The notes: generated from the letters alone by a model not told the origin. A stretch of DNA of 64,000 nucleotides from Octopus bimaculoides (GCF_001194135.2 NC_068989.1:85323202-85387201), one strand, 5' to 3'. Shown: positions 12,974-26,608, counted from the stretch's first letter. A program made the numbers and translations.

Positions 12974-13124
12974 ATGGCTAACCACCGCTACCCACCAAAC
13001 AGCCGCCTCTTTATAATCGCCGGTAAAGGAATCTCTAAAGATGAATATCACAAATGTTTTAGTAAATTCGGTTCCATTCAGGATATTTGGATCGTTAAAG
13101 ACCGGCAAACGAACGAGGAAAAAG
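12974..13124 (+). CDS. RBM45: RBM45 coding exon 1 (RRM1 N-half)
   Basis: MANHRYPPNSRLFIIAGKGISKDEYHKCFSKFGSIQDIWIVKDRQTNEEK-G|gtgcgt matches the RBM45 pattern PPNSRIF...FGDIQDIWVVRDK. Ends in phase 1. Confidence 0.92.
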
Positions 13125-14637
13125 GTGCGTTGATGTCTTATAATCTCTCTTCTATATTTAAATTTCATATTTTCATCATGATTGTTGTATATATTATTAT
13201 TATTCATTACACTTTAAGCTATTTGATCATAAAACTCATATGTTTTTATAGTTAATTTCTTTCTAACAACCCTTTCTTTAAATTATTATGATTCTCAATT
13301 AAATTATTATGACTCTCTAAAGGCGGTGCTCCAGCATTGCCGCAGTCAAATGACTGAAAAAAGTAAAAGAGTAATTCCAGTTAACTATTCTTGTCTATAA
13401 AGGATTTCGCTATAATCATTTCTAATCAGCTTTTTAATTCTCTGCATGAAATGTGACTAACACTTGATCGGTTATTATTGTAAATAAGACGAATCAAGAT
13501 GTCACTGTTGCGTGGATGGCACGAAACACCTCAACATAAAAACACCAGTGAACTACTGAGATCGATTTTAACCGCCTGTGTATTATTATTTCCCAAAATA
13601 TCCGGTTTGTGTCGTACATTTATGACATAAATAACATAATATTTCTATCTTTTTGGTTATAGTTATATCATTTTACGCATTTGGTTCAAATTCTTCCAGG
13701 GTCGATAAAATAAAACCCCAGTGGTTGTTTAGCCTCGTGTTATCTCATCTCTGAATGAGCAGACTATGATCAAAGGTGTGTTCCATCCCCGTGACCATCC
13801 TGTCTTTTTTGGCGATATCTCGTGTTATATTGTCCAGTTTGCATAATTTCTTTTTAACGCATATATCGAAAACTCTCTCGAGCGACCACGTACAGGCTCT
13901 TGCGTCCCAGTGATGTACTGAGGTGGTAGGGTTGCAATAAATACTATAAACTTGACCAATGTTAAAATAAAACATGGGATATTCCAGAGTTTAAGATCGG
14001 AAACGAAATTTTCTAAATGGAAAATAAGTTGATTGATTCCTTTACGCATGAAAAAAAATATCCATTAAAAAAAAAATAGTTACAAAGAAACAAAACCTGG
14101 TTGGAGGATTGCAGCCCTGAACTGTAATTATATCAAGCAAAGACGGGATGGGCATGGCTGAAAGTCTTTTAGCCGTTTAGGAAACCAAGACAGCATAAAG
14201 TCTGATGTTTAAAACGTTCAAACGTTACGAAATAGCTACTGAAAAATAATTTAAAATATTAAATTCTATGAGTTAATATAGGGAGTCGATCTTTATATTA
14301 AACATTCTATCGATATATTTGTAGCCTAAACCCTTAAATTTTCAGAACTTAAAACTCCCAAGGTATCCTATCTTACTGCCTGTGATCTTTAGAGTCAACG
14401 AAGTAGCCTCTATGCGGACTCTTGACCTGCTAGAAACATCAACCAAATCTCATTCAAATCACAGCCTAGCGTCTTTAAAAACAAGTTGGATAATATGGTC
14501 CTAGGTTTCTTACAGATAAGGAAAAAAAAACAGGATGGCCACGCTTGGAATCTCGTTGATTAAAGAGGGCTACACCGTTCAGGATTGAGCCCGGACCGAA
14601 CTATTATCTGATTTTTGTTTTACACACACACGTCTTA

Positions 14638-14839
14638 GGTGAGTCATAACGTCAATAATAATAATAACACTGGTTCGATTCCACTTCTTTATTGTTAATC
14701 AATTGGTTACATTCTCATCCTGCTATCAGCACATCAAACAAACAATCGAGTAGTTAGATGGTTGGGCATCTAACCAATTGACTAACAATAAAGAAGTGGA
14801 ATCGAACCAGTGTTATTATTATTGGCGTTATGACTCACC
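14638..14839. repeat. Foldback with ~70-bp arms (14638-14709 / 14771-14839)
   Basis: ggtgagtcataacgtcaataat...aatcaattggtta is the reverse complement of taaccaattgactaac...gcgttatgactcacc, with few mismatches. Confidence 0.9.
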
Positions 14840-14916
14840 CAACACACAACAAAATTTGTTTCAGCTCACGGATTTACTTCAAGAATCCTTCAAACCAAAT
14901 ACATAATCAAAGTACA

Positions 14917-14917
<1 letters not shown>

Positions 14918-14978
<61 letters not shown>

Positions 14979-15062
14979 TAGATAGATAGCTCTGCCTATA
15001 TGTATATATGTCATCATATATATATATATATATAGATAGATAGATATTTATATATTTATATA

Positions 15063-15100
<38 letters not shown>
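14918..15100. repeat. Compound (CA)n/(TA)n/(TAGA)n microsatellite
   Basis: Read directly from the sequence. Confidence 0.95.
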
Positions 15101-15101
<1 letters not shown>

Positions 15102-15672
15102 CTCTGTGGTAAGAAGCTTGCTTCCCAACCATATTGTTCTGGATTCTGTCCTTCTGTGTGGCACCTTGGGCAGTGTCTTCTACTACAGCCTCAGGCCGAC
15201 CAAAGCCTTGTGAGAGTTAGCCGTTGTAATAACCGTCTAAGGGATAAGAATATCCGTTCTTACTACCGATATCAATTAAAAATGTTAACCCTGGGCATGG
15301 GTATACAGGCACACCCTAGTACCCCTATAAAAAGAGATAACTCACAAATTATTTCTTTCGATTATTTGCTAGTTTACTCTTTTACCCATTGACTTCAAGC
15401 TTCACACTACAAAATATTATGATTCTAATATATGGAGCCTTTTGGCTTCTTCTCGAGGCCCTGTTCTTTCCTCTTCCCTGATTTTATTTTATGTATTTGT
15501 ATTCACTCTGATGAAGATCCATATACCAGATCGAATGTTCTATAAAGATGGCACCTTGGGCAAGTGTCTTCTGCTATAGCCTCAGACCGACCAAAACCTT
15601 GTGAGTGGATTTGGTAGATGGAAACTTAAAGAAGTATATGTGTGTGTGTATGTATATATATATATATATATA

Positions 15673-15900
15673 TTGGGTTGGTGCATAATTATTGTGGCTT
15701 TTTCAACAAATTTTATTCAACAAAAATAATAACAACATGCAACAAAAACATCTTTAAATGATTATTCTGGAGCATATTCACCATCTACTTCAATTATTGC
15801 TTCCCTTCTGCTTAGCAGACGGTCAGACTATCATTTAAAGATGTTTTTGTTGAATAAAATTTGTTGAAAAAAGCTGCAAAATAATTATGCAACAACCCAA
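15673..15900. mobile_element. Mariner MITE with Hsmar1/MADE1-like TIRs and TA TSD
   Basis: ta|ttgggttggtgcataattattg ... ataattatgcaacaacccaa|ta. The minus-strand interior reads RLLSRREAIIEVDGEYAPE*, like a mariner C-terminus. Confidence 0.8.
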
Positions 15901-17210
15901 TATATATGTATATGTTTGTGTGTCCGTGTTTGTCCCCCCCCCCCACTGTCGCTTGACAACTGATGTTGGTGTGTTTACATCCCCGTAACTTAGCAGTTTG
16001 GTAAAAGAGATCTGATAGAATAAGTATTAGGCTTATAAAGAATAAGCCCTGGGGTCAATTTGTTCGACTAAAGGCAGTGCTCCAGCATGGCCACAGACAA
16101 ATGACTGAGATTGATAAAAGAATATGTAGCATCCATTGAGTGGGGGAAAGTCTTTGACAGAGCAGGAAGCTCTGTGGTCTGGTGATTGCTAAGAATACTA
16201 TGCAGAGACTTAGGAGAGCTGGACAAGTTGTGTGCAGATATGCTGTCAGCAGGGTGAGTGAGAATTCAGTGTGTAGGAGGATATTTATCAAGGCTCAGCT
16301 TTCAGTCCCTTCCTGTTTATTGTAGTTCTAGTCCATAACCAGAGAAGTTTGGGACCAGCTGTTAACCCACTTTTCATATTGGGAACAGTTAAAGAATTAG
16401 TGGAAAATTTTATTTGTGGACTTAGAGCCTAGGTCTACAAATAACTGGCTTTTACTGTGACAACTTGTCCAACCTATGCCAGTATCAAAAACAGATAAAA
16501 TGATGATGGTGGCGATGGAAGTGTTTTATTTTTATTCAACAAAAATTAAGACTGTAAAAAATGGTTAGGAACTACTGCTCTACAGCATTCTTTCTACTTC
16601 TAACTTCCCAGTTGTGGAACTGGAAGTGTAATTAGTATATTCATTTGGTGTAGGGAAACTGGTACCAACAAAGTTCATCATCATCATCATCATCATCATC
16701 GTTTAACATCTGCTTTCCATGCTGGCATGGGTTGGATGATTTGACTGAGGACTGGCAAGCCATAAGGTTGCATCAGGCTCCAGTCCGATATGGCAAAGTT
16801 TCTACAGCTGGATGTCCTTCCTAATGCCAACCACTCCGAGAGTGTAGTGTGTGCTTTTTACGTGTCACTGGCACGAGAGCCAATCAGGTGGCACTGGCAA
16901 TGACCACGCTTGAATGGTGCTTTTTACGTGCCACTGGCACAGGTGCCAATCAAGCGGTACTGTCATTGGCCACAACAACAACTTCACTTGCATCAACAGG
17001 TGTTCACAAGTGCAATTTATTGCCCAGTGATTGAAGGGTACTCTTAAATGGGCTGGTTATGCTGCACTGGCATAGGCCATGGTTACGGTCTAAATTAGAT
17101 ACAACACAAATTTGAACTTAGTAACCATATTGTCAGTGGTCCAACATCTGAACCTGACAGCCATTTGCAAAGTGGTGGTGATGATGATGATAATATTTTA
17201 TAACTCTGGT

Positions 17211-17432
17211 TACGAGGGGGATGCTGAAAAGTTCCTGGTTTTAATGGTATTGCGAAAGACCTGGTTGGAAACCCAACCTTCTAAGTTCTTTTACAAAGCT
17301 TAGAAAACTTGAAGGACTGCTGCAATGAGTGTGTGAGTCTGAGAGGAGAATATGTTGGATAGAATCATAATTAACTAATTCTCCAATATTTTCTTTTACC
17401 CCAAACCAGGAAATTTTCAGCGGCTCCTCGTA
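17211..17432 (+). mobile_element. Mariner-derived MITE, TA-flanked
   Basis: ta-cgagggggatgctgaaaagttcc ... ggaaattttcagcggctcctcg-ta. The interior reads LENLKDCCNECVSLRGEYVG*, like a mariner C-terminus. Confidence 0.8.
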
Positions 17433-18303
17433 CATGGTCACACATTATTTTAGCAGCTTCTTTTTGCCAGCATGGAAGGCAGACGTTAAATGATGGTGAT
17501 TGTGGTGTAGTTAATTAAACTAACTTCAAAACTTTCCTGAATATATCATGTTATTGTTGTAAATGTCATTCATCTCCAGAACCCCTGAACTGGAGCCTCA
17601 CCACTGGATCCTGCTTAATATCATATCCAAGATGTACATGTATATACATACATAAGACATTTACCCAAGGTGCCACTCTGTGGAACTGAACCCAAGACCA
17701 CATGGTTGGGAGGCAAGCTCCTTAACTACACAACCATGCTTGCACCTATCATAATAATGTTTTATAAAGCTATGACATTTAATACGAATCAGTTAAGCCA
17801 TTTGGTTTTCATAAGAATATGTATAGGATGTGAATTCTAATGTAAATAAACATATTTATTTTACAATCAGTTTTTTTAATCTGAAAGAAAAACAAACATT
17901 TGGGTGTTAACTCCTATGAGAAAAACAGACAACGACCACCACCACCATCACTATCAACCATGTAGCCATGTGCAATTCAACTGTATTTACAAAAATCTAC
18001 CATACATATCTGGTATTTTTCTATATGCCACTCCCATAATGCCCTTGCCTGTTGTTTGTCTTTTGTATAGCAAAAACATAAGCAAAGCAAAATAACCAAG
18101 TTTCTATCTACAGCAACAATTTTAAACTTTTCAACCATTCAGCATCTCAAATACACTGTAAGCACACCCGTGTACCCTCATTGCGTACCCTATATGTCAC
18201 CACTACAATCATTGCAGGCCACAATCATATACCCTCTCTAAAATATGCTATAAACCCCACTAATATACTGTCCCTGTAGCACACTGTAATCTAGACTTTA
18301 TTG

Positions 18304-18530
18304 CAGCGAGCTGGCAGAAACGTTAGCACGCCTGGCAAAATGCTTAGCGGTATTTCGTCTGCTGCTACGTTCTGAGTTCAAATTCCGCCGAGGTCGACTT
18401 TGCCTTTCATCCTTTCGGGGTCGATTAAATGAGTAGCAGTTATGCACTGGGGTTGATATCGACTTAATCCCTTTGTCTGTCCTTGTTTGTCCCCTCTGTG
18501 TTTAGCCCCTTGTGGGTAGTAAAGAAATAA
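18304..18530 (+). mobile_element. SINE family B, full length with 17-bp TSD
   Basis: gagctggcagaaacgttagc...gagttcaaattccgccgagg...aaagaaataa. TSD acactgtaatctagact at 18281-18297 and 18530-18546. Confidence 0.85.
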
Positions 18531-18577
18531 CACTGTAATCTAGACTAATATACCTTCAGTGTGGAATTCTGTGTGAA

Positions 18578-18911
18578 GGCGCATAGCTCAGTGGTTAGAG
18601 CGTTGAGCTTACAATCACTAGGTTGTGAGTTCGAATCCCAGACCGGGCTGCGTGTTGTGTTCTTGAGCAAGACACTTTATTTCACGTTGCTCCAGTTCAC
18701 TCAGCTGTAGAAATGAGTTGCGACCATCACTGGTGCCAAGCTGTATCAGCCCCTTTGCCTTTCCCTTAGATAACACTAGTGGCGTGGAGAAGGGAGACCG
18801 GTATGCATGGGCCACTGCTGGTCTTCCATAAATAACCTTGCCCAGACTTGTGCCTCAGAGGGTAACTTTCTAGCTGCAATCCCATGGTCAGTCATGACCG
18901 AAGGGGGTCTT
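18578..18911 (+). mobile_element. tRNA-headed SINE with intact A and B boxes
   Basis: ggcgcaTAGCTCAGTGGttagagcg...gaGTTCGAATCCc, followed by a non-tRNA core (ttgagcaagacactttatttcacgttgctccagttcactcagctg). There is no acceptor-stem closure, so this is not a tRNA gene. Confidence 0.75.
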
Positions 18912-21164
18912 GGTATTCTGTAAACTGCACTAATGTACCTTCTATAAATGTATACAGTGTAGATGTAGGTATGGCTGTGGAGTAAGAAGTTTGCTACCCA
19001 ACCACATGGCTCCAGGTTCAGCCTCACTGCAAGGCATTTTGTGTGTGTCTTAAATTCTGTCTGACCCATGCAGACATAAAAAAGCAGATGTTAAAACGTC
19101 GATGATACACTATAAGCCACATTAATTTATGCTCTTTGTTGTACTCGGTAGATTTATTTAAAGTATGTTCTCTGTAAAATAGATGGATCTTTATTGGTTT
19201 CAATAACGAGTATCCATGTAGTTCAGTCAGCTGAACTCTGTGCTCAATGAATTCTAGTATAAGTGGTTGAGTATTCCACAGGTGACATCATCATCATCAT
19301 CATCATCGTTTAACATCTGGCATGGGTTGGTTGGTTTGACAGGATCCAGTGAGATGCAGGGCTGCAGCAGGCTCCACTGCCAGCTTTGGCATGGTTTCTT
19401 CTGTTTGACATCCTTCCTAATTCCAACCACTTTACAGAATGTCTTGAGTGCTTTCTTTTTTTGTGCCACCCACACTAGTAAGGTCACCAAGTAACTTGCA
19501 AGAACAAGGAAAGGAAAAGACCCCATCAACTAAGTGGGGTGGAGGAAGTATTTGAGAGAGGAAAGAGTGGTGGCTTTGTACCAGGTGTTGACAGGGATGA
19601 AACAAAATTGAAACGTTAGCACGCCAGGTGAAATGGGTAGTGGTACTTCATCTGTCTTTACGTTCTGAGTTCAAATTCTGCCAAGGTTAACTTTGCTTCT
19701 CATCCTTTCAGGGTTGATAAATTAAGTACCAGTTGTGTACTGAGGTTGATCTTATTGACTGGCCCCTCACTTCCCCCACAATTTCGGGCCTTGTGCCTAG
19801 AATATAAAAGACCGTGATTCGTTTTCAAATTCTGCTGAGGTCAACTTTGCTTTTCATCCTTTCAGGGTTGGTAAATTAAGTACCAGTTGCATACTGGGTT
19901 AATCTAATCAACTGGTCCCCTCCCCAAAATTTTCGGGCCTTGTGCCTAGAGTAGAAAAGAATATTGAAATTATTTTATATTTAGTTGAATTCACCTGTAA
20001 TTAGAGTTCCTTTGAAACAAAAATTATGCAATAGATTTATTTAAACTATTCCAAAAATCACATGAATATGTTGATAAATAAAAAAAGTTAGAGTTGTTTT
20101 ATGAAAGCAGCCGAAATTTATGATTATGTAAGAATTTAATTGAAACACATAAGAAATATAACAACAGAATGGTTAAAGTATGATAGAGGGACAAGCAGAG
20201 GTGTCTTGCTTTCATGAAGATACCTGGCTGTTCTGCATTATATAAAGGTGGGTGGGAGTAACCGGGAAGAAGGTAAAATGGCACTGATGGGGGTGCCAGA
20301 GCAAACCCTCGAGGAGCAAAAAAAGGATGCTGATGGTGGATCAAGAGGGGGTGGAAGGTTATAAGAGTGTGAGGGGAGAATAACAGATGGTTAGAGACGG
20401 GGGTCAAAGATGAGTGTAGTGAGGGATGAGTAAGGGAGGGTGGAGGTGTGTGGCTTGATGAGAAAGATCAATATGGAGCAGGGAATGTAATTACTCAGAA
20501 TCATTGTGATGTAGTGTGCGACCTTCAAATTACTGGTACAATCCTTTTCAGGGGCTTCTACACAGTTTCCATCAATCTAATTTCACTCAAGGCATGGGTC
20601 AACCCAACACTGTGGTATATGACACTTACCCAAGATGCTATGCAATAGGATCAAACCCTGGCCAATTTATGATCCTCTACTGAGATTCTCTCTCTCTCTT
20701 TCTCCCCCCCCCCTCTCTCTTCTCTATTTATTCATTATCATCATCATATACTTTCAATGCTATTTGTTATTAGAATTGCTTCAAGCTGTTTATGACAGAT
20801 TTCCTTATTTCTCCACATGTCATCTTGCTATCTCTCTCTTTCTCTCTATCCCTCTCTCTCTCTCTCTCTCTCTCTCTCAAGAAACTTCATGTCATGTTCC
20901 CCATCCATTGCCCTTATGGTATTAGGTTTTCATTATTGCTATTCTGACAGAAACGGTAGAGCATGCAATGAAATGCCTTGTGGAGTTCAATTACATCCCA
21001 CAACGCATTGACTTAAATTTCCATTGAATTTGATTTTTGTTCTTTTAATCTTCCAAGGTCAACCATAAGCCTTTAATCCTGTCTCCTTCTAAAATTTCTG
21101 ACCTTTTACTGAAATTTGAAACCAATATTATTGAAATCATTATCGTCATCATTAATGTTTCAGA

Positions 21165-22042
21165 CAGAGTGCTTAGTAGCATTTCTTCCAGCTATTTACG
21201 TTGTGAGTTCAAATATTGCTGAGGTTAACTTTGCCTGCCATCCTTTTGGAATCGATCAAATAAGTACCACTTGAGTACCAATGTCGATGTAATAGACTAG
21301 TCCCCTACACCAAAATTTCAGGTCTTGTGCCTATAGTAGAAAGCATCAGCATCATCATCATCATCATCATCACTATCATTATTATGAAGTCATTGAAGGT
21401 GTCAAGCTGGCAGAATCGTTAGCACACCGGGCGAAATGCTTAGAGGTATTTTGTCTGTCTTTACATTCTGAGTTCAAATTCCGCCGAGGTCAACTTTGCT
21501 TTTCATCCTTTCGGAGTTGATAAAATAAGTATCAGTTGAGTACTGGCTTCGATGTAATCGACTAGTCCCCTCCCCACAAAATTTCAGGCCTTGTGCCTGT
21601 AGCAGAAAGGATTTTCATGAAGTCATTGAGCTGGTGAAAATCATTAGTAAATTGAACAGAACGCTAAGCAAGATTTCTTCCAGTTCTTTACATTCTGAGT
21701 TCAAATACCTCCAAGGCTGACTTTGTGTTTCATCCTTTTAGGGTCGATAAAATAAAGTATCAGGGACACTGTCACTGATTCAACCCCAGCTCCTTAAAAT
21801 TACTGACTTTGTGCCAAAATTTGAAACCATTGATAAGACGGTGAGCTAAATTGTTAGCATGCCAGACAAGATGCTTTGTGGCATTTCATCCGTCTTCACG
21901 TTCTTAGTTCAAATACCGCCAAGGTCAGCTTTGCCTTTCATTCTTCTGGGGGTGATAAAATAAGTACCAGCTCAATATGGAGGTTCATGTAATCGACTAG
22001 CCTCCTCCCCATAAAATTTCAGGCCTTGTGCCTATAATAGAA

Positions 22043-22095
<53 letters not shown>
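21165..22095 (+). repeat. Head-to-tail array of four diverged SINE-B copies ending in (ATT)n
   Basis: The motif gagttcaaat...ttgcctttcatcc...gataaaataagtacc...ttgtgcc recurs at about 21165, 21400, 21628 and 21838. Confidence 0.8.
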
Positions 22096-22096
<1 letters not shown>

Positions 22097-22646
22097 GCCA
22101 TCAAAGTGACACTGGGGTAAAATATACGAAGCCCAGTATACCCATCATGACTATCTGTCTGATAAGTGTACACCAGGCACATGCATCACAACCATATGTG
22201 CGTGACATAGTGATCTCATATCAAGATAAACAGCACATGACCTTGCAAGGTGGGGCCCTGTTAGAATTTTCTTCAGGTCAAGTAGCCCATCTTGCTCAAA
22301 AGGTTCCTGAATAAGGGTTGTTTAAGGATGGTGAACAAAACACCCATGTTTCCAGAGGTGAATTATCTAAACCCCAAAGAATTCCTCTCAACACATGGCT
22401 ATGATGCTTCCCCACTACTTCTGCTCATGATCAGAGATGCACATATCGTCAGCCACCAAGGGACATGCTCTACCGGTTAAGGTCAAACAAGTGACAAGCA
22501 AATCTGTGGTACTGAGCAGAATATTTGCTGTAGCCCATCTTTTTATACCAAGACAAAACAATGTACATGATAACACTTCCAATCAATTAAGATCAGAAGC
22601 CATAAGAGCCACAAAGCCTGGTATTGCATCAGAACATTTATTATTG

Positions 22647-22701
<55 letters not shown>

Positions 22702-22823
22702 AACTTTGTTGTTGTTGTTTCAGAATTGGTAGAGCGTGGGATGGAATGCTTTCTAGTATTTAGTTACACCCTGTGCAACCCTTTAAGTTTAGTTCCTGTC
22801 GAGTTCAACTTGACTTTTTCTAC

Positions 22824-23520
22824 NNNNNNNNNNNNNNNNNNNNNNNNNNNNNNNNNNNNNNNNNNNNNNNNNNNNNNNNNNNNNNNNNNNNNNNNNNNNN
22901 NNNNNNNNNNNNNNNNNNNNNNNNNNNNNNNNNNNNNNNNNNNNNNNNNNNNNNNNNNNNNNNNNNNNNNNNNNNNNNNNNNNNNNNNNNNNNNNNNNNN
23001 NNNNNNNNNNNNNNNNNNNNNNNNNNNNNNNNNNNNNNNNNNNNNNNNNNNNNNNNNNNNNNNNNNNNNNNNNNNNNNNNNNNNNNNNNNNNNNNNNNNN
23101 NNNNNNNNNNNNNNNNNNNNNNNNNNNNNNNNNNNNNNNNNNNNNNNNNNNNNNNNNNNNNNNNNNNNNNNNNNNNNNNNNNNNNNNNNNNNNNNNNNNN
23201 NNNNNNNNNNNNNNNNNNNNNNNNNNNNNNNNNNNNNNNNNNNNNNNNNNNNNNNNNNNNNNNNNNNNNNNNNNNNNNNNNNNNNNNNNNNNNNNNNNNN
23301 NNNNNNNNNNNNNNNNNNNNNNNNNNNNNNNNNNNNNNNNNNNNNNNNNNNNNNNNNNNNNNNNNNNNNNNNNNNNNNNNNNNNNNNNNNNNNNNNNNNN
23401 NNNNNNNNNNNNNNNNNNNNNNNNNNNNNNNNNNNNNNNNNNNNNNNNNNNNNNNNNNNNNNNNNNNNNNNNNNNNNNNNNNNNNNNNNNNNNNNNNNNN
23501 NNNNNNNNNNNNNNNNNNNN
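22824..23520. other. Assembly gap (N run)
   Basis: N run. Other gaps: 27484-28157, 30403-30492, 33336-33508, 53349-53358, 54628-54844, 55470-55479, 58327-58478, 59989-60331. Confidence 1.
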
Positions 23521-24451
23521 ATATATATATATATATAATAATCAGTGTTTCTTTCCTTACCCTGTAACCACCACTGGAACTAATATCAAAAGCATAACTT
23601 CCTGATTAGGTCCATCTGTTTTCTCACTGGAAAACTTTTTTTCCCCCCAGTTTACTCCTATTTATATAAAACCAAATGACTCCCAATGCAAAACTGTGTT
23701 GTTATACAAAACACAAATGCTGCACAGTATTAATACAACTCAGCACTTACTGTATAGTGTTGTTATACATTTGGTCTTAGTGAGGCGTGTGGGGGTGAAA
23801 TTGTTCTGTTGGCTCCAGATTTTGATTGTGTGCCTTAGTCATTCAGAGTCAGGCTCAAAGGTGAACTCGGAACAAACCAGTTTATGATCTTGGTCTTGAC
23901 ATTGTACATTGTTAAGAACCCAGGTTTACACACATACATACATAGGTTCGTTTTTTTTAATTGTCATCACTCATTGGACTGCAAGCCACCTTGGAGAGTT
24001 TAGTCAAATAAATCAACCCCTGTACTAATTCATTTTAAGTCTAGTACTTATTCCTCTTGGTCTCTTTTGCCAAACTGTCAAGTTACAAAGATGTAAAAAA
24101 GACCAACACCAGTTGTGGAGTGAGTAAGGGTTACAGGCACAAAAGACATGTGTTGGTGATGTGTAAAAGACACCCTTACCAGTGACACATAAAAGGTACC
24201 CACTACACTTGCAGTGGTTGGCATTAGGAAGGGCATCCAGCCATAGAAACCAAACCAGATCAGACTGGAACTGGTGCAGCTCTCCAGCTTACCAGTTCCA
24301 ATCCATGGAAAACGGATGCTAAACGATGGTGTTGCTGTTGTTGTTGTTTGTATTCCATGTCTGCAATAATTTTTCCTAGCTTTTTCCCACTATAATCTAG
24401 GTTGAGAGGATATCAACGATATCTTGTGTATTGTGGATTTTACTTCAAGTA

Positions 24452-24578
24452 CAGGGTGTCCACAAGGTCTGGGTACATGGAGTAAATAAAATCATAACAT
24501 AAACAATTAACTATAAGAAATGATAATTTCTTAAAGTATGTGTTAATCCTCATGTACCCAGACTTTATGGACACCCTG
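24452..24578. mobile_element. Short MITE (Tc1/pogo-type CAGGGTG termini)
   Basis: TIRs cagggtgtccacaaggtctgggtacatg / catgtacccagactttatggacaccctg. Confidence 0.75.
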
Positions 24579-24859
24579 GAGAAGGTTAATCCAAGTACTT
24601 CATCTTCAGCTAACCATCAATAAAATAATGAGCAGGTGTGGGTGTGTGGTAAGAAGTTTGCTTCCCAACTGCATGGTTCCAGGTTCAGTCCCACTGTGTG
24701 GCACCTTGGCCAAGTGTCTTCTACTATAGCTTCAGGTCGACCAAAGCCTTGTGAGTGATACTCAGACTAAGTTAACCCAACCTGAGGTAATGTCTCAGTT
24801 TTTAAAAATGGCCCAGTGCTAGCGGCACACTCCTTTTTACGGATTCCCAATTTACTATT

Positions 24860-25450
24860 AAATAGAAATAATACATTTCTAAATCTCTCGGAGAAATTTA
24901 TGCAGTAGTGATGCGATAAGGTAGTTGTATGCTGTCAACTTAATGTGACAGTCCCATGAAGGGAATAATACTACTGCTCATTAACCTAGGAAGCTGCAGA
25001 GCTTCCTGTCGGCATTGACGCATTTCCTGTGTCCTTATGTTTACAAGGAGGGAGACAAGCACCTCCACCCAGCTAAGCCTGCATCCAGAGGCATGTTTCT
25101 GAGTCTTTGCTCGTCATCAGTCTGGAGTAGCAATGACTTGCTAGTTGGAGATGCCTGTCAAGCTCTTGTAAACATATAATAATTCTAGTGAAATACATTC
25201 ACTGATTTCAAAAGTAGAAATGATACATTTCTAAATCTCTCAGAGAGATTTATGCAGTAGTGATACGATAAAGTAGTTGTATGCTGTCAACTTAATGTGA
25301 CAGTCCCAGTGCTTGTCTCCCCCTTGTAAACATAAGGACACAGAAAATGTGTCAAGGCCGACAGGAAGCGGTGCAGCTTCCTAGGGCTAAATAGCTGTAG
25401 TATTATTCCCTTCATGGGACTGTCACATTAAGTTGATAGCATACAACTAC
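24860..25450. repeat. Duplication-inversion structure with 142-bp inverted arms (24921-25062 / 25309-25450)
   Basis: 24862-24955 is repeated directly at 25215-25308. This is immediately followed by the reverse complement of 24921-25062 (about 90% identity). Confidence 0.9.
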
Positions 25451-26608
25451 AATTTACTATTGTTTCTTTGTATTTCTGGTTCAGTGTAGAATGGAGTGCA
25501 AATGTAAACTGAAGAACTAGTGTGGGTCATAAGGTTTTTTTCCCTTAGATGCTCACCCTTTCAACTCACGGAATGGGTGTTGGGGTGAGGCTGTGTGTAT
25601 GCAGGGCTGCATCACTGATATTTCTCTAACCAGATACAGTTTTTGCCCCAGTTGAGGTAATTATTTCAGGGTTATGCCCAAAAGGGTGTATAACCTCTGT
25701 ATTGTTTTACATTACCATTAGTAAAACCCTTACTGGTATACACAAGCACTGCTACAATAATCATGGCAAGAATTATTGGTGTGGGGGAAATAAATAAATA
25801 AATATATAAAAATTTCCAACTGAATTGAATCATTAAATTACAGCCATGCTGGAGCACTGTCTTCTGCAGTATACTTAATTATACTGACTGCAGTACTTAA
25901 TTAATACTATTCTGGAAGGATGAAAAGTGAAGTTGACTTAAGTAGGATTTGACCTCAGAACATAAATGGCTGTAACCAAATACACTGTGTTTTATCTGGT
26001 GTTCAACTAATTCTGCCATTCAGCATCCTATACTTAGACAGATACACAAGCTCACATAATATATATCATCATCATCATAATAATCATTTGAAAGCCATTT
26101 TCCATGCAGGCATGGGTTGGATAGTTTGACCAGAGCTGGTAAGCTGGAGAGCTGGACCAGGATCCAGTCTGTTTTGGCTTGGCTTCAATGGCTGGACGCC
26201 CTTCCTAACACCATCCACTTTACATTGCGTGCTGGATGCTTTTTACATGGCATCAGTTCAGGTGCCTGTTATATGGCACTGACACCAGAGCTCCTTACAT
26301 GGCACTGGCACGGGCAATTTTTACATGGCACCAACAGGAGAGCTTTTTTATGTGGTACACACATGCACACACACACACATACCAAATAATTATTAGAGGT
26401 GTGTATATTACATGGTAATAGGCTACAAAATACACACACACACACACAATGGGCCTTGTACAGTTTTTGTCAGTAGGAAATCTTTACCCAAGTTGCTGCA
26501 GAGTAGGACCAAACCTGAAGCCATACTTGTCTCCACCCCCCACCAACACACTGTCTTATTCTCTCTTTCCCTGTTCTTCTATGGAATATTTTCATATTAT
26601 ATTTTCAG

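Noticed and set aside
18578-18650. tRNA gene
   Set aside because: A and B boxes are present, but there is no acceptor-stem pairing and it runs into a SINE core.
22726-23567. Long ORFs of 100-300 aa in the ORF track that span N runs (also 27332-28246, 54589-54889, 58178-58644, 59897-60610)
   Set aside because: Artefacts of translating N as X.
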